Source: the human T2T-CHM13v2.0 reference genome, Homo sapiens
Reading direction: 5' to 3'
NCBI GenBank assembly: GCA_009914755.4
Contig: CP068257.2
Span: forward strand, 22,080,001-22,144,000
DNA: 64,000 nucleotides
Shown: piece after piece, positions 41,804 to 56,816 of the stretch
How positions within the stretch are numbered: position 1 is the first letter of the stretch
Layout: the number at the start of each line of letters is the position of its first letter
Made by a program: the position numbers and the translations under genes
The notes under the pieces: model-generated
What the model was told of the DNA's origin: nothing
What the model saw: only the letters and a program-made list of their open reading frames with translations
Database searches by the model: none

Positions 41804-43979
41804 ATAAAAAAAATTAAAGGCCATATATTTACTTTAGAATGTAATGAATTCTTGAAAACAGAAAGACTAAGAGTTGATCAATCTGGTGAAGGCATCATCC
41901 TTTATTGTGTATAAAGTTTGTTTAGGGGAAGCACTGTTCCTTGAGGAGCTGATAGAGTCAATGTTTAACAGTAGGGATTCTATCCCCATGTTTTCTTATC
42001 TTGGAGATTGAGGGGGTGAAAGTGTCACTGTGTCTGCTGGAGAGCTCAGATTTAAATTAAATATTAGACCACAATAATTTTATGATCATAGGTTTCTAGG
42101 TGTTTGGTATTTTTATTACTCTATTTCTACAGGGTTTGTTTGTTTTGATAGCTGTCATTTTAATTGTTTGGCTTTATCATACATTATCTCCACTCCCCTT
42201 TAGAATTGTGCCAGACTAGAGGAAATGAGGATAAATCTGGAAGAGAGAGAAGAAGAGAGAGGTAGAGGAAATAAAATTATTGACTTTGGATCATTTTTGA
42301 TACAAATAGTAACAGAAAGATATTTTTATTAAACATTCCTGGTACACGTGAACTTAAAATGTGGCATATATATATGCTGACATCCTATTAGGTATTTTTC
42401 ATATCATTCATGTGCTAGATGAAATAGAATGAGAATTAGAATGAAGCAAAACATACCAGATTATGTAAATAACAGTGAGAAAGATTGTGGAGTGAGTGAG
42501 TTAATAAAAAATCCCTGAGCACCAAATCTGCTTCTGAGCCTTAGGTTAAGCATTGGAATGATTTCATCCAGAGTTAAAAATTTATCTTTGAATTAAATAT
42601 CTAAAGGGATACCTCAGAAGACTAAAATTAGAACCCTAGTTTCCTTCCAAGGGAAAAGATCAAATACATGTACAAACTTACATGTCCTTGTAATTGAGTA
42701 ACCTTCAGTTTGATTGAGAATTTAACACTGTAAATAAAAGGTAAGTTTTAATTTACCAGCTCCGTATGGGTTGTTGGAGAATTAAATCATTTTGGGGAGC
42801 CCATATTTGCATAACACAATTTATTATTTGTAATTAACTAACCTTTACAAAGTTCCATTTTTAATTTCCTCCTGTCAAGATATCTGGAAAATGCAAAGTT
42901 AATAAGCATTGCATATAAGGGACTGCGTTATTGTAGAAGCTTTGGTAAGCATTGGATGGATGAAACAGGCAAATCCCAAGTTAATTAAAGAGTTGTCAAC
43001 CCATCACATTGTTCACTTGAAAACATGTGGAGAAATATTTTATATTATTTCTAAGTAACAACATACATAAGTTATCATTTCGTAGAGTAATAAGCTAAAG
43101 TAACATTGACCAGCACTGTTTGATCAGCATTGTTTTCTTCTAGTCCTTCCTATTTTGTGAGCACCAAACATTCATAGCCGAGCAAAACCTAAATTAAAAT
43201 CAGATTATTAGATATAGTATATATATAATGATAAAATCCAATTAGGATATTATATTCTATCATTGGTATATATACATATATATTTTTGGACAATATTTTC
43301 AATAGGATGGGAAACAGTTAATCTCTACAGCACAAAAATTGATTACAGTGTTTTGACAATGATGGTTTCCATCACAATAGGATTATTATACTTTGTGTTT
43401 TGAGCAGAGAGAATTATAAATTATTATAAGTGATTAAAAACCAGTCAAAGTCGTGCAATGCTATGGAATCCATCAAACTAGAGGGTCCTTTACACCATGC
43501 CAGCACTCCACCAAAAGGATACCTAGAAATTTATTTTGCCTACTTCCAAGTCTAATAAAAATAATTAAAATTGACATTCTCACATTTGTTTTTTTCCTCC
43601 TTTTAATATTCTCGGCTAATAAGAAATATTGATGCTTCTTGGGATTTAATGGGTTTATTTTTAATAAGAAAAAAAAACAAAAGCAATTACAAAGAAAACA
43701 TCCATCCCCTACCCCCGACCTCAGAGTGTTATCAAGCTCTGCTTGATGCTTTATCTAACCATTATAGTACATAGAAACAAAAACAGTAGTAGTAGTTGGC
43801 CATATGAATCTAAATTAGATCCAATGCTTTGTGGGACTGTAGGAGGTCTTCTATGTCAGTTTCTTGAATGTACATATGAGACACCCACAAGATCAAGTGC
43901 GCAAGCTAGTGTAGCCATTCATGTCTTTCTATTTTACTAGGTTACTAACTTTTCTCAATATTTTAGTCTTTTTACTCGC

Positions 43980-44380
43980 TGATTTGGTCTAGTTCTGTGT
44001 CCCCACCCAAATCTCATGTGGAATTGTCATTCTCAATTTTGGAGATGGGGCCTGGTGGGAAGTGATTGGATCATGGGGGTGGTTACTAAAGGTTTGGCAT
44101 CATTCCCTTAGTGCTGTCTCATGATAGAGTTCTCAGGAGATCTGGTCGCTTGAAAGTGTGTAGCACTCCTGTCTCTCTCTCTCTCCTGATGGCCATGTGA
44201 AGACAGTGAAGACATGCTTGCTTCCCCTTCACCTTCCACCATGATTGCAAGTTTCCTGAGGCCTCCTCAGCCATGCTTCCTGTAGGGTCTGTGGAACTGT
44301 GAGTCATTTAAGCCTCTTTTCTTTAGAAATTACCCAGTTTCAGGTACGTCTTTATAGCAATCTGAGAACAGACTAATACA
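43980..44380 (+). mobile_element. Solo MaLR LTR (MST/THE1-like)
   Basis: TGATTTGGTCTAGTTCTGTGTCCCCACCCAAATCTCATGTGGAATTGTCATTCTCAATTTTGGAGATGGGGCCTGGTGGGAAGTGATTGGATCATGGGGG...CCACCATGATTGCAAGTTTCCTGAGGCCTCCTCAGCCATGCTTCCTGTAGGGTCTGTGGAACTGTGAGTCATTTAAGCCTCTTTTCTTTAGAAATTACCCAGTTTCAGGTACGTCTTTATAGCAATCTGAGAACAGACTAATACA. The end matches the THE1/MST consensus. Confidence 0.7.
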
Positions 44381-44504
44381 CTTATCAAAATGTCTTATGA
44401 TAGGACTGACTAAGTAAATTTAGAATAGTTGTTCAGGAAGATGATAAGTACAAAACAAAACAGCTTGATTCTCAAGCCATTTCTATAATCACATGCATTT
44501 TTGC

Positions 44505-44508
<4 letters not shown>

Positions 44509-44540
<32 letters not shown>
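44509..44540. repeat. (AC)16 / (CA)n dinucleotide microsatellite
   Basis: ACACACACAC... seen directly. ORF 44410..44595 (CVCVCVCV) is its artefact. Confidence 0.95.
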
Positions 44541-44541
<1 letters not shown>

Positions 44542-44857
44542 ACTCATACAAATGTAATCTGACTTCGTAGTGACCATTGTAATTTTCTTACACAATTTCC
44601 TTAAAATTAAAATTTCTTACACAATTTTCTTAAAATGGTGTCAACTAGAAACATGAATTATTTGCCAGGTTCTTAAAATTTGAAATTTGCTTTGGAATAT
44701 TTAAAAGGGCAAAGCTCACTAATTTTTTTCACAGCCTGGCTCTTCAATAATTTCCTATTACATGATTGTCACCACCATCCATCATGTTATTTCAAAAAGA
44801 AATTTGGGAATTCTTTTCTAACCATAGTAAATCATCAGACATTAAGAAAAAAATGCA

Positions 44858-45557
<700 letters not shown>

Positions 45558-46330
45558 TTAAAGTTTTTAAAAAGTATTTTTAAAGTTCTTTTTAAAATTT
45601 TTTTTCTTCTAATCTTTTACAGAACCACTAAATTGACTGTGGAAAATGGGCAAGTACAAAAAAGTTCACACATAAACGAATAATAATTGTTTTAATTGTA
45701 TAAACCAGAAGTTTTTCTAATAATAATTAATGAAAGGTAAATTATATATAGCAGATTATAGTAACAATGTTATATAATTTTTATCCACCCAATTGTAAGG
45801 GTTAATCAAAAATAAAACTAAGCTGTTATAAGCAGAGAATAGGAATGATATTCTCCATTAGAGAAAATATTGGCTGAATCTTTAAAAAAAAACAGATACT
45901 CTAGTAAAATCTACCAAGAAACTTAAAAATCTCACTTGATTATTTATTCAGTTTTTTTCTATTCTGAAGAAAGAACAGTATTCTAGAAAAAAAATCAATC
46001 TATAAAAGTAGTAATAATTATTTGGCCAAAATTATAGAAATATTTTTCTATGCATAAATATATATATATATAATTTATACATTTTTCTATGTATAAATAT
46101 GTATAAAATTTATAAATGTATTTTAATATTAAGCTCAAAAATGGAAACCTGTGTTATTGCTCCTAATCATGATTCCCCTTTTCCAGTAGAAGGTTTTATA
46201 TTTATCATTGTCCTTTGTCATGTGACTTGCACTACCGTAATATAGGGAGGATGTTATTCTCCACCTCCTTGTCAGGTTGATCATGTGATTTGCTTTGTCA
46301 ACAGAATGTGTGTGAAAGTGATGTACACGA

Positions 46331-46630
46331 GGCTGGGCGCAGTGGTTCACGCCTGTAATCCCAGTACTTTGGGAGGCCGAGGCGGGTGGATCACGAGGTC
46401 AGGAGATCGAGACCATCCTGGCTAACACGGTGAAACCCCGTCTCTACTAAAAATACAAAAAAATAGCCAGGCATGGTGGCGGGCGCCTGTAGTGCCAAAT
46501 ACTCTGGAGGCTGAGGCAGGAGAATGGCGTGAACCCGGGAGGCGGAGGTTGCAGTGAGCCGAGAGATCGCGCCACTGCACTCCAGCCTGGGCAACACAGT
46601 GAGACTCTGCCTCAAAAAAAAAAAAAAAAA
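46331..46630 (+). mobile_element. Alu (AluY-like), sense, 18-nt poly-A; 18-bp TSD GAAAGTGATGTACACGAG
   Basis: GGCTGGGCGCAGTGGTTCACGCCTGTAATCCCAGTACTTTGGGAGGCCGAGGCGGGTGGATCACGAGGTCAGGAGATCGAGACCATCCTGGCTAACACGGTGAAACCCCGTCTCTAC...GGAGAATGGCGTGAACCCGGGAGGCGGAGGTTGCAGTGAGCCGAGAGATCGCGCCACTGCAC. TSD at 46314-46331 and 46638-46655, with 7 nt (GTGGTAA) between the poly-A and the 3' TSD. Confidence 0.93.
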
Positions 46631-46859
46631 GTGGTAAGAAAGTGATGTACACGAGTTGTCACTGGAGGTTTAAGAGCCATTCCATGTTTCCAATGCTCTC
46701 CTATTTCTCTTCTGTCAAGAGAAGCACATTGCCTGAATAGGGGTCTGCTCCTTGGGATTGGAGCTCAGCATAGAGAATAGAGCTTGATTAGGTGTAAAGT
46801 TTCATAAAGGATTTTGAAAATTTTTGAAACTGCACAATTTGTACAGTTTTTCAACCTCA

Positions 46860-47170
46860 TATACTATATATGGATACACCACACACGTATGCAAATATAT
46901 GTAAATTAATATATTAAATTAAATTATATAATAGTAAATTGTTAAATTAATAATATAATTTAATAGCTTTTCCTTTGAAGGCATATATGAGAGATTATTT
47001 ATAAAATATTTTAAATAGATAATACAGAAATTTAAAAAATATATAATGTTATATAAAAATATTATATATATATAATGTTATATAAAAATATTATTTTACA
47101 TAATTACATATTATTTATGTATATAGTTTATATAATTTAAATAATATATTATATAAAATCATATTTACTA
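46860..47170. repeat. AT-rich low-complexity region with internal tandem duplications (ATATAATGTTATATAAAAATATTAT units)
   Basis: Repeated ATATAATGTTATATAAAAATATTAT / TATATATATAATGTTATATAAAAATATTATTTTAC segments seen directly. Confidence 0.6.
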
Positions 47171-48643
47171 ATTGTTTATTAGTATAGATGAGTATACTTT
47201 TTTATTGTTGTATTCATGAAAAGTAGCTTGATAGGCATTTACATTGTTACTGGATCTTTTCATAATCTCAAATATGACTTGAACATTTTAACATCTAGAT
47301 TCATGTTCTGTATCTTAAAACGTTTAATGTTTGATTAAACTAATTTGTTAAACTCATAAGAAAGGAGTGAATTTCCATTTCAGATTTATGTCATTTGCAG
47401 TGTGTACCTACGTAATGTCATGATAGGCATTTTACATTTTTAACTATATATTTTTGAGGAATCCTAAAGGTGCAGTGGATGGTGTCTGCAGTATGCAAGC
47501 CTGGTGGCTGTGGGACCAGCTAAAGTCTGTATTCCAAATTTTATGGAGAAGATCAGGAGAATTATATTCTATGATATATTTAAAAATGTACAAATATGCT
47601 TCAAAAGATTAAAAGTAGTTTGTAACCTACGCAATATTTGAAGAGTAGCTAGCGTATTGATATCTACTTCCTGCATTGTAGCTTTATGTATCTGGTGATG
47701 AAACACCTTTACATGCATCCTGTTCAGAAACCTGGAGCCAAGTAACACTTCATAAAAGTGCTGAAATGGCTACCATTCAACAATATTTCATCATATAGTC
47801 TGTTTTCTATTCATTTCACATTTATTCTCTCATCTTTCATCTATGGACTTCTTTTCTATATTTTCACTAGATAAATTTTTATTATAAAGAGACAACTTTA
47901 GAAGGGGAACTCTGCCAGAGACTCGGTGATTTATTAACAATACAGAGTCTGATTCTTATTAAGTACAGAGGTATAATTTTCATCTCCTCTCCATCCTTTC
48001 CCATTTTCAATTTCTGCTTCTAATTTATGCCCCCAATTCACCTTCTGGTTTATGCCCCCAATTCACCTTCTGGTCTCCACACAATGACCTTCTTCAGCCC
48101 TCACTATCATAATATAGAATCCCCAGCATGAACAGGCAGACTCGCCCTTCTGCAAATAGTGACTCAAGGTCACCTGTCTCTTTCCATTGGGGAATCCAGC
48201 ATCTTTCATCCATAGCTTCCAAGCATGAGACAATGAGATGATGGAGCATAAAAAGTGATGTTTTAAGGGAAAGGCAAAGATACTCTACAGATCACTTTTG
48301 TTATCATTCTTATAAATTCTGCTTCACATAGCCCCAACCTAATGGGGAGAAACTTAGAGTGGCATTCCCTTTTGTGCATAGGAAGTATAAACAGAGCTGA
48401 TGATCACATAACTAATTTCTTCCATATGATCTTCTACCTAAAATACATGAATATATTCAAAGGTAAATTTAAATATTAAGCTACATTTATTAATTCCACA
48501 AATATATCATATGTGCACTGTATGACAAGCACTATGGGATGCACTATATATATAAGTGTTATAAGTGCTAACAAAATCCAGACCCTACTTTTGAGTAATA
48601 CAAATAATGACGCGATATTGTTGTATTTCTTTTTGTCTTCTTT

Positions 48644-48936
48644 TTTTTTTTCTTTTTGAGATGGAGTCTCACTTTGTCGCCCAGGCTGGGATGCAATGGC
48701 GATCTTGGCTCAATGCAACCTCCACCTGCCAAGTTCAAGTGATTCTCCTGCCTCAGCCTCCCTAGTATTTGGAACTACAGGCATGTGCCACTATCCCCTG
48801 CTAATTTTTTGTATTTTTAGTAGAGAAGGGGTTTCACTGTGTTAGCAAAGATGGTCTCGATCTCCTGACCTCTTGACCTACCCGCCTCGGCCTCCCAAAA
48901 TGCTGGGATTACAGGTGTGAGCCATGGCACCTGGCC
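48644..48936 (-). mobile_element. Alu (AluS-like), antisense; perfect 15-bp TSD TCTTTTTGTCTTCTT
   Basis: TTTTTTTTTTTCTTTTTGAGATGGAGTCTCACTTTGTCGCCCAGGCTGGGATGCAATGGCGATCTTGGCTCAATGCAACCTCCACCTGCC...GTGTGAGCCATGGCACCTGGCC. TSD at 48629-48643 and 48937-48951. Confidence 0.92.
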
Positions 48937-49363
48937 TCTTTTTGTCTTCTTAATACTATTTTATCTAATGGCTTTTGTCAGCCATGGTGGTCAGTGAAAA
49001 AATATATGATAAAACTTACTGAACTGAATACAGCTACTAAATCATATTTTTTCACTTCAGCATAATTGTTTGTGTTTGAAACACCATAACTGCAAAACAT
49101 GAAGGATATAAAAGATGGGCAAAACACAGCAAATAAAAGGAAAGCATAATAGTGACATGACTTTGATGAAATTAATTTCTTATTTAAAATATTTTTATAC
49201 CCCTAACAAATAAAAGATCTTAAGATATCGTACCTAACATCTTTACTGACTTTTTAATGAGAAATGTAGTTTTACAGTGATTTAGTAATTTTTTGCATAA
49301 AGTTTACTGAAAATAAAAGAATATTTCTAATGTATGTGGGGTTTTTTTAGCACCTTCTGAACA

Positions 49364-49677
<314 letters not shown>

Positions 49678-50450
49678 CTACGCTTTGGGGAAAAAAAATT
49701 AGATAGAGCTCAGATGTTTAGAGCTTGCAGTCTGGGTCAATGGTTAGACATCTAAACAGATATGATATCATAATGAGGTAAGTACAAAGAGAGTTAGACA
49801 CTAAGTTACTTCCCTATGTCAGTGACTCAAATTGCTTTGAGTACACAGATCCTTCCCAGCAGCTAATTATGGTACAATTTGATGAAATGTGTGTAGAGTG
49901 TCACCAGTACACAAATCATGGTTTGTTCCAAATTACTGCTGAATACCTCCTTTTAGGTGTCCACTCTTCTATCCCATCAAATTCTCTATTTATATAACTC
50001 ATTTACACACCAGAACTAGATCAAGCCGTAGTGTGCAGCACTTTCCCCTTTACTACAGTGCAGAAGAGTGCAGTGTTCATGAACTCAGGCTTAAAGTAGG
50101 GGCTCAAAACCATGACTTTGCTACCTACCAGGCTGGAAAGGATATTTCACTTATCATGCTTAAAAGTGTTTTTTTTTCCCTTCCTGAGAAAAGTTGGAAA
50201 AAGAATACTACTTATCTTAGCAAGTGTTACAATGTAAGCAGAGGCTTAGCATAGAATTAAATGTATGGTGCTCATTAAATGACAATATATAAACTGTAGT
50301 AGTTGCTGTCAACATTGATATTATCATTATTACATCATTTTGTGTGAATCTGTATAATAACTTTTGTAATTTTGTAATTAATAAAGGGATGGAAATTGCA
50401 AAAAGAGAAATGATTGCTTTGTTAATTGATTAATATGTGGCATTATACGC

Positions 50451-50606
50451 ACAGTGGTTAAAAGCATGGCCTTTGAATGAAAATTGCCTTGGTTTAAATC
50501 TCACGTTACCTTCTAACTTATGGTCTAAACTTGGTAAAAATACGTATTTTTTCCTACTTCAGTTTCCCCAGCAAATAAATTGAGAAAATAATAGTTCCTT
50601 TATATT
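50451..50606 (+). mobile_element. MIR-like ancient SINE fragment
   Basis: AGTGGTTAAAAGCATGGCCTTTGAATGAAAATTGCCTTGGTTTAAATCTCA...CTTCAGTTTCCCCAGCAAATAAATTGAGAAAATAATAGTTCCTT resembles the MIR core (AGTGGTTAAGAGCACGG...GGGTTCGAATCC...CCTCAGTTTCCTCATCTGTAAAATGGGGATAATAATAGTACCT). Diverged. Confidence 0.4.
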
Positions 50607-51118
50607 TGTCAGGGTTTTCCAGAGAAACAGGACCAATAAAATGCATATATATACATGTATGTGTGTGTATTTATTATTAAATATGAGGAATTGACTCACA
50701 TAATTATGGAGGCTGCGAAGCCTCATAATCTCCTTTCTCACAGCTGTAGACCCAGGAAAGCTGGTGGTGCAATTCAGTCTAAGTGTGAAGGCCTGAGAAC
50801 CAGAGGAACCAATGATGTAAATGCCAGTTCCAGAATGAGAGAAGATGAGATGTCCAGTCAAGCAGTGGGGCAGAAAAGAAAATGAGAGATGAGGGGCAGA
50901 TTACTCTTTCCTCTACCTTTTGTTCTATTGAGGGCCTTAAGAGATTGGACAATGATACCCACCACACTGAGAAGGCAATCTACTGTACTGAATTATCCAA
51001 TTCCAATGCTAATCCCTTCCACAAACACCCTCTCAGAAACAGCCGAAATAATGATTGGTCTGGGCACACCAAGGCCCAGTCAAGTTGACACATGAGATTA
51101 ACTATCATACCCTCTGTC
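50607..51118 (+). mobile_element. MLT1-type MaLR solo LTR
   Basis: Start TGTCAGGGTTTTCCAGAGAAACAGGACCAATAAAATGCATATATATACATG...AAGGAATTGACTCACATAATTATGGAGGCTGCGAAGCCTCATAATCTCC...CTTTTGTTCTATTGAGGGCCTTAAGAGATTGGACAATGATACCCACCACACTGAGAAGGCAATCTACTGTACTGAATTATCCAATTCCAATGCTAATCCCTTCCACAAACACCCTCTCAGAAACAGCCGAAATAATGATTGGTCTGGGCACACCAAGGCCCAGTCAAGTTGACACATGAGATTAACTATCA parallels the MLT1 consensus (TGTAGGTTCTCCAGAGAAACAGAACCAATAGG...GGCCCAGTCAAGTTGACACATAAAATTAACCATCACA). ORFs 50655..50885 and 50889..51095 are non-genic. Confidence 0.65.
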
Positions 51119-52864
51119 CTGAATTTACCATGAAATTGTATGAAGTGAAATATGTAAAGTGCTTAGCATGATACCTTGCACATAATAAGTACTATGTAAG
51201 TGAATGCTTTGTCACTAATACTACTGTTTTAATTATAGTATTCATGATACTATTAATATCCTCTTGGAAAGCATATGAAGTATATGGGATTCCTCTGATC
51301 TCTTATATTCCCAATATTGAGATCACTTATTCCCTGCCTCTTTGTAAGGTCTCCTTCTTTTTTTGGCTGTTACCACATTAAGGGTAAAATGCTGTCTCAG
51401 GGATTCAAAATTCTTTTTCTGAAACCTGGCAAATTGTCTCCCTAACCACTTCTTCATGACATAGATCATGCCTAATGCATTGAAGACATACAGCATTCTT
51501 ATTCCTTCAACAAAATTGTGGTGGAGCACCTGCCAGGTGTTGCTATCACAGCAGCTATGCATTTTCCTCACACTCATCTGGGGCTTTTCCATCACGTGCT
51601 CGGCCCTTCATCTCATCACTTGTAGACATAAAACTGTTCCTAGTGTTCTCTCCTTGAAACTTTTCCTTCCCTTATCTGTATTTTTTCCCTAAAAGAGTTC
51701 CTTCAAATCTACAATTTTAAACGCCAACTATCTCACTATGCTTAGTCTTTCTCCTAAACTAGCTCAAAACTCTGGTTATCAAAGGCATGATAACATCTCT
51801 CCCCCACCACAACTGGTAGCCCATTGGCATTGAAGATTCACCTCGTACAAAACTGAACACCTCTCTTCATCCACCTTACTTCCTAAAAAGGGTATCTTTT
51901 GTCATTGGTGTCACCATTTATTCAACTTTCCGTCATGACTTATAAAGATATCATGGATTCCTCCCTATCTGTTACTCCCCATGACCCCAGTCAATTATCA
52001 AATCTTGCTAATCCAAAGGTGACATGTCTCCCCACCGCTACTGCTGTCTCAGTCTAAACTTCATCATTTCTTAAGTTAATTACTGAAATAGCCCCTTGAC
52101 TATCCTGTAATATTTCATCACTTATAGATCAGAATATCATTATGTCATTTTCCTATTTAAGAGCATTAAGTAATTTGCAATGTCCTTGAATAAAGTTCAC
52201 AGTCCTGAGCATGGGTTATAAATCCATGCATGATATGATCCTTGTATATCTTCTAACCTCATCCATCTTATTTGCTTTGGTTCCCAATTCAGATCTACTT
52301 AAGAAGGCATTTATTTCTTCTCCTATGATAGCCCCTCTGTTTAAAATTTCCTTTCCTCCTTCATTTCAAAATGAAAAGAAATCATTTTCTCTTATTAAAG
52401 CTGCTTTTAATCACTTCTGTATAAATGTAGGAGTCTATCAATATGACATTCTTATTATCCCTCAACATTCTTACATGCTTTTTTTCAAACTGTCTCAAAA
52501 TCATTTACATTTTTGCCTAATTTCCCTGCTGGTCTGTGAATCCCTTGTAGTCTGATTCTGAGACACAGTCTTAGTTCTAATATAAGCAGGCACAGCAGGT
52601 CTTGACATATTGTAGATTCTCAGATTTTTTTTTTTGAAATGATGAACAATGGAATAAATAAATCAATGAAGCATGTTGATTGGGAGAATTTTTTTAGAAG
52701 ATGGTTGATGTGATTATACTCAGATATGTTGCATTGGGTAAGACTTTTAGGAAACTGGTAAATTCATAGTTTAATATTTATAAAATCAACAATCAAAAAC
52801 AAAATTTTGAGACAGTGTGTTCTCACATATTAGAAACCATTTACTTATAAAAAAATGACTTCAT

Positions 52865-53198
<334 letters not shown>

Positions 53199-53244
53199 TT
53201 AATGGTTCATTCAATTTTTGATTAACTTAGGCAGACTTTCCTAA

Positions 53245-53775
<531 letters not shown>

Positions 53776-55622
53776 TTATGACACCAGTGGAATTCTTAGT
53801 ACATGGGATCTCAGCAGTTAAAACGGCTGAAGAGATTACCGTGGCCGATCTTCTATGAGTGCAAGAACCACCTTTCTAACAATTCTGAAGTGTTATTATT
53901 TAAATGTCAGTGGAAAAATGTACTGTGAAATGGAATCAATTTGGTATTGCCAGTTATTAATTCTATTGCTAATTAATATTAATATTTTCCTCCAGAAAAA
54001 AAATATATCTATTTCTGTACTTAGAAGAAGATTAAGAAATGTAAAAGTATGTACTATTATTATCTATGGGTGTTGAGATTACAAGAGTTTCTTAATTTTT
54101 TCTGTATATTTTAAATATTTTTCAAATTTTCTAAAATGTTTTTCTAAAAATTAACTGAGGAAAAAATAAAATTAGACAAAGAGAAAAAGAATGAAAGAAA
54201 TATAGAGAGAGGCTATTTCTGTGCTGAAGTAAAAGATCCCTCCTGTTTACTACTCTTAAACAAAAAAAAATTGTCTTTAATGAATATGATGCTTCTACAA
54301 GTATCTAGCTATGATAGTCATTATCACTCCCTTTAGATTTCTCTTTTTAAAGTTAATAATAATCTTATTTCTTCTGCATGTATCCCTGCATTTATTTCAG
54401 AAAAGCTCCCTGAGGTGATGGCAAAATGTTTGGGATTATTAATTGAATTATTTTTCTGCTGTGTTATTTTTCAAAAAAAAAAAACTCAAGTGTATTTTTA
54501 AAAAATATATGGGTTACAGTACATGAACCCAAATTTTGACTATATTTCTTAAAATATATATTATTCTATCTTAACGACATGGTTTTACCTATGACATTTA
54601 ATCCCGTATTTAATTGTTCTCATCTCAATATTTTATATTGGAGGTGATAGAGATAATTATTTCTGTACAATTAATGCTTATATATTATACATGAAAGAAA
54701 AATACATGTAAAAGAATAATTAGCAAAATAATCTAAAAATTTTCTGTTTTGTTGACTTCAGTGAAGAGAAAATACATTAGGTCAACTAAAGATTTATGCA
54801 TTTATTTTAAGTTATGTGAAAATATTGAGTTCATCTGAGTTTTAACTATAAGAGATAATGACACACGTCACATATTCATGTGACACTCAATCATAATTTT
54901 ATTAGGAAAGGAACCAAAGCAGTTATAAACTAAGAAGACTTTGGTTCAATTAAAAATATTAATACTATTGAAAACATACAAGAAATAATGATGGTATTTA
55001 ATTAATGCATTAGTAACCCTTTATAGATTATAACATATCACTGGTTGATTTTGCCACCATGCTGGGTATTAATGACATTACTTATCAATCTATAAATCTA
55101 ACTAATGTAGCGTATATATGAATGGCAACTAAATTTTAGATATTATATTTCATTTGTGTGGCCCATTTTATAAATGTATACTTTTTTGTACTTATTTATC
55201 TATTTACTTATCTCATATGACAGAGTTGATTTACAGTATTTTTCTTGTCATTAAATTAAATCTCCCCATCTGAGACAGAATCATTAAGAGCAGCCACACC
55301 TAAAGAATAGCTACTGCTATTTAACATACAGTTACCTTGCCTAGAATAACAGGAATTAGATACAGGCATTTATAGGATAGTTTATTGAATATTATCACCC
55401 CCTTTTAAGAGTGTTACCTTAAATCATATAAAATACATTTTGACAGAAATTTGGTATCTATTTATCCTACAAAAAACTTCTTTTAAAAATTTATGTTCTT
55501 TAAACTTTTCTACATTTTTTCCCATTTGCTGCTCTTCATATTTTTATTCTATCTGGAAAAATCATAGAGCATCATGAAATTTAATTTTGGGAAAATTACT
55601 GGCTTAAGGAGAATATGGTCAC

Positions 55623-56076
55623 TGATATGGTTTGGCTGTATCCTCACCCAAATCTCATCTTGAATTCCTACGTGTTATGGGAGTAACCTGGTGGGAGGTA
55701 ATTGAATCATGGGGACAGGTCTTTCCTGTACTGTTCTGTCACTGATATGCTTTGGCTGTGTCTCTACCCAAATCTCATCTTAAATTCCCATTTGTTGTGG
55801 GAGGAATCTGGTGGGAGGTAACTGAAATCTTGGAGGCAGGTCTTTCCTGTACTGTTCTGGTGGTAGTGATGGTTTTGAAACTGGGAGTTTCCCTACACAA
55901 GTTCTCTTTGCTTACTGCCATTCATGTAAGACGTGACTTGCTCTTCCTTGCCTTCCACCATGATTGTGAGGCTTCCCCAGCCACGTGGAACTGTAAGTCC
56001 AATTAGACCTCTTTCCTTCGTAAATTGCCCAGTCTTGGGTGTGTCTTTATCAGCAGTATGAAAACAGACTGTTACA
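55623..56076 (+). mobile_element. Solo MaLR LTR (MST/THE1-like) whose first ~120 bp are tandemly duplicated (55619-55738 and 55739-55858)
   Basis: Two consecutive starts, TCACTGATATGGTTTGGCTGTATCCTCACCCAAATCTCATCTTGAATTCC...GGTCTTTCCTGTACTGTTCTG and TCACTGATATGCTTTGGCTGTGTCTCTACCCAAATCTCATCTTAAATTCC...GGTCTTTCCTGTACTGTTCTGGTGGTAGTGATGG. The second continues through ...CCATGATTGTGAGGCTTCCCCAGCCACGTGGAACTGTAAGTCCAATTAGACCTCTTTCCTTCGTAAATTGCCCAGTCTTGGGTGTGTCTTTATCAGCAGTATGAAAACAGACTGTTACA (THE1/MST terminus). Confidence 0.7.
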
Positions 56077-56437
56077 GTCACCTATAAATGAACTATGTCA
56101 AAACAAACATTCCATGGATTATTAAATCCATTGATATTAATGATTTATTTACATACATAAACAAAACAAAAAGTCACTTAACAATGGCAATAATAATAAT
56201 GTTTGTTTGCATTTATTAAGCTCTTAATATGTAGGAGGCACTGTTCTAAGCCCTTTACATGTATGAATTTATTAAAACAAATTATCTGGCAATTAATTGA
56301 ATTTGAGAAAGTTTGAGCCAAGTTGATCCATCTCCGTTCTATTATTTAAGGCCAATAGGTCAAACAGATAAAATTACTCACCTGGCATTAATGTTTATAT
56401 TGGAACAAAGATATCAGCTTAAAGAATGTCTGCATCT

Positions 56438-56816
<379 letters not shown>

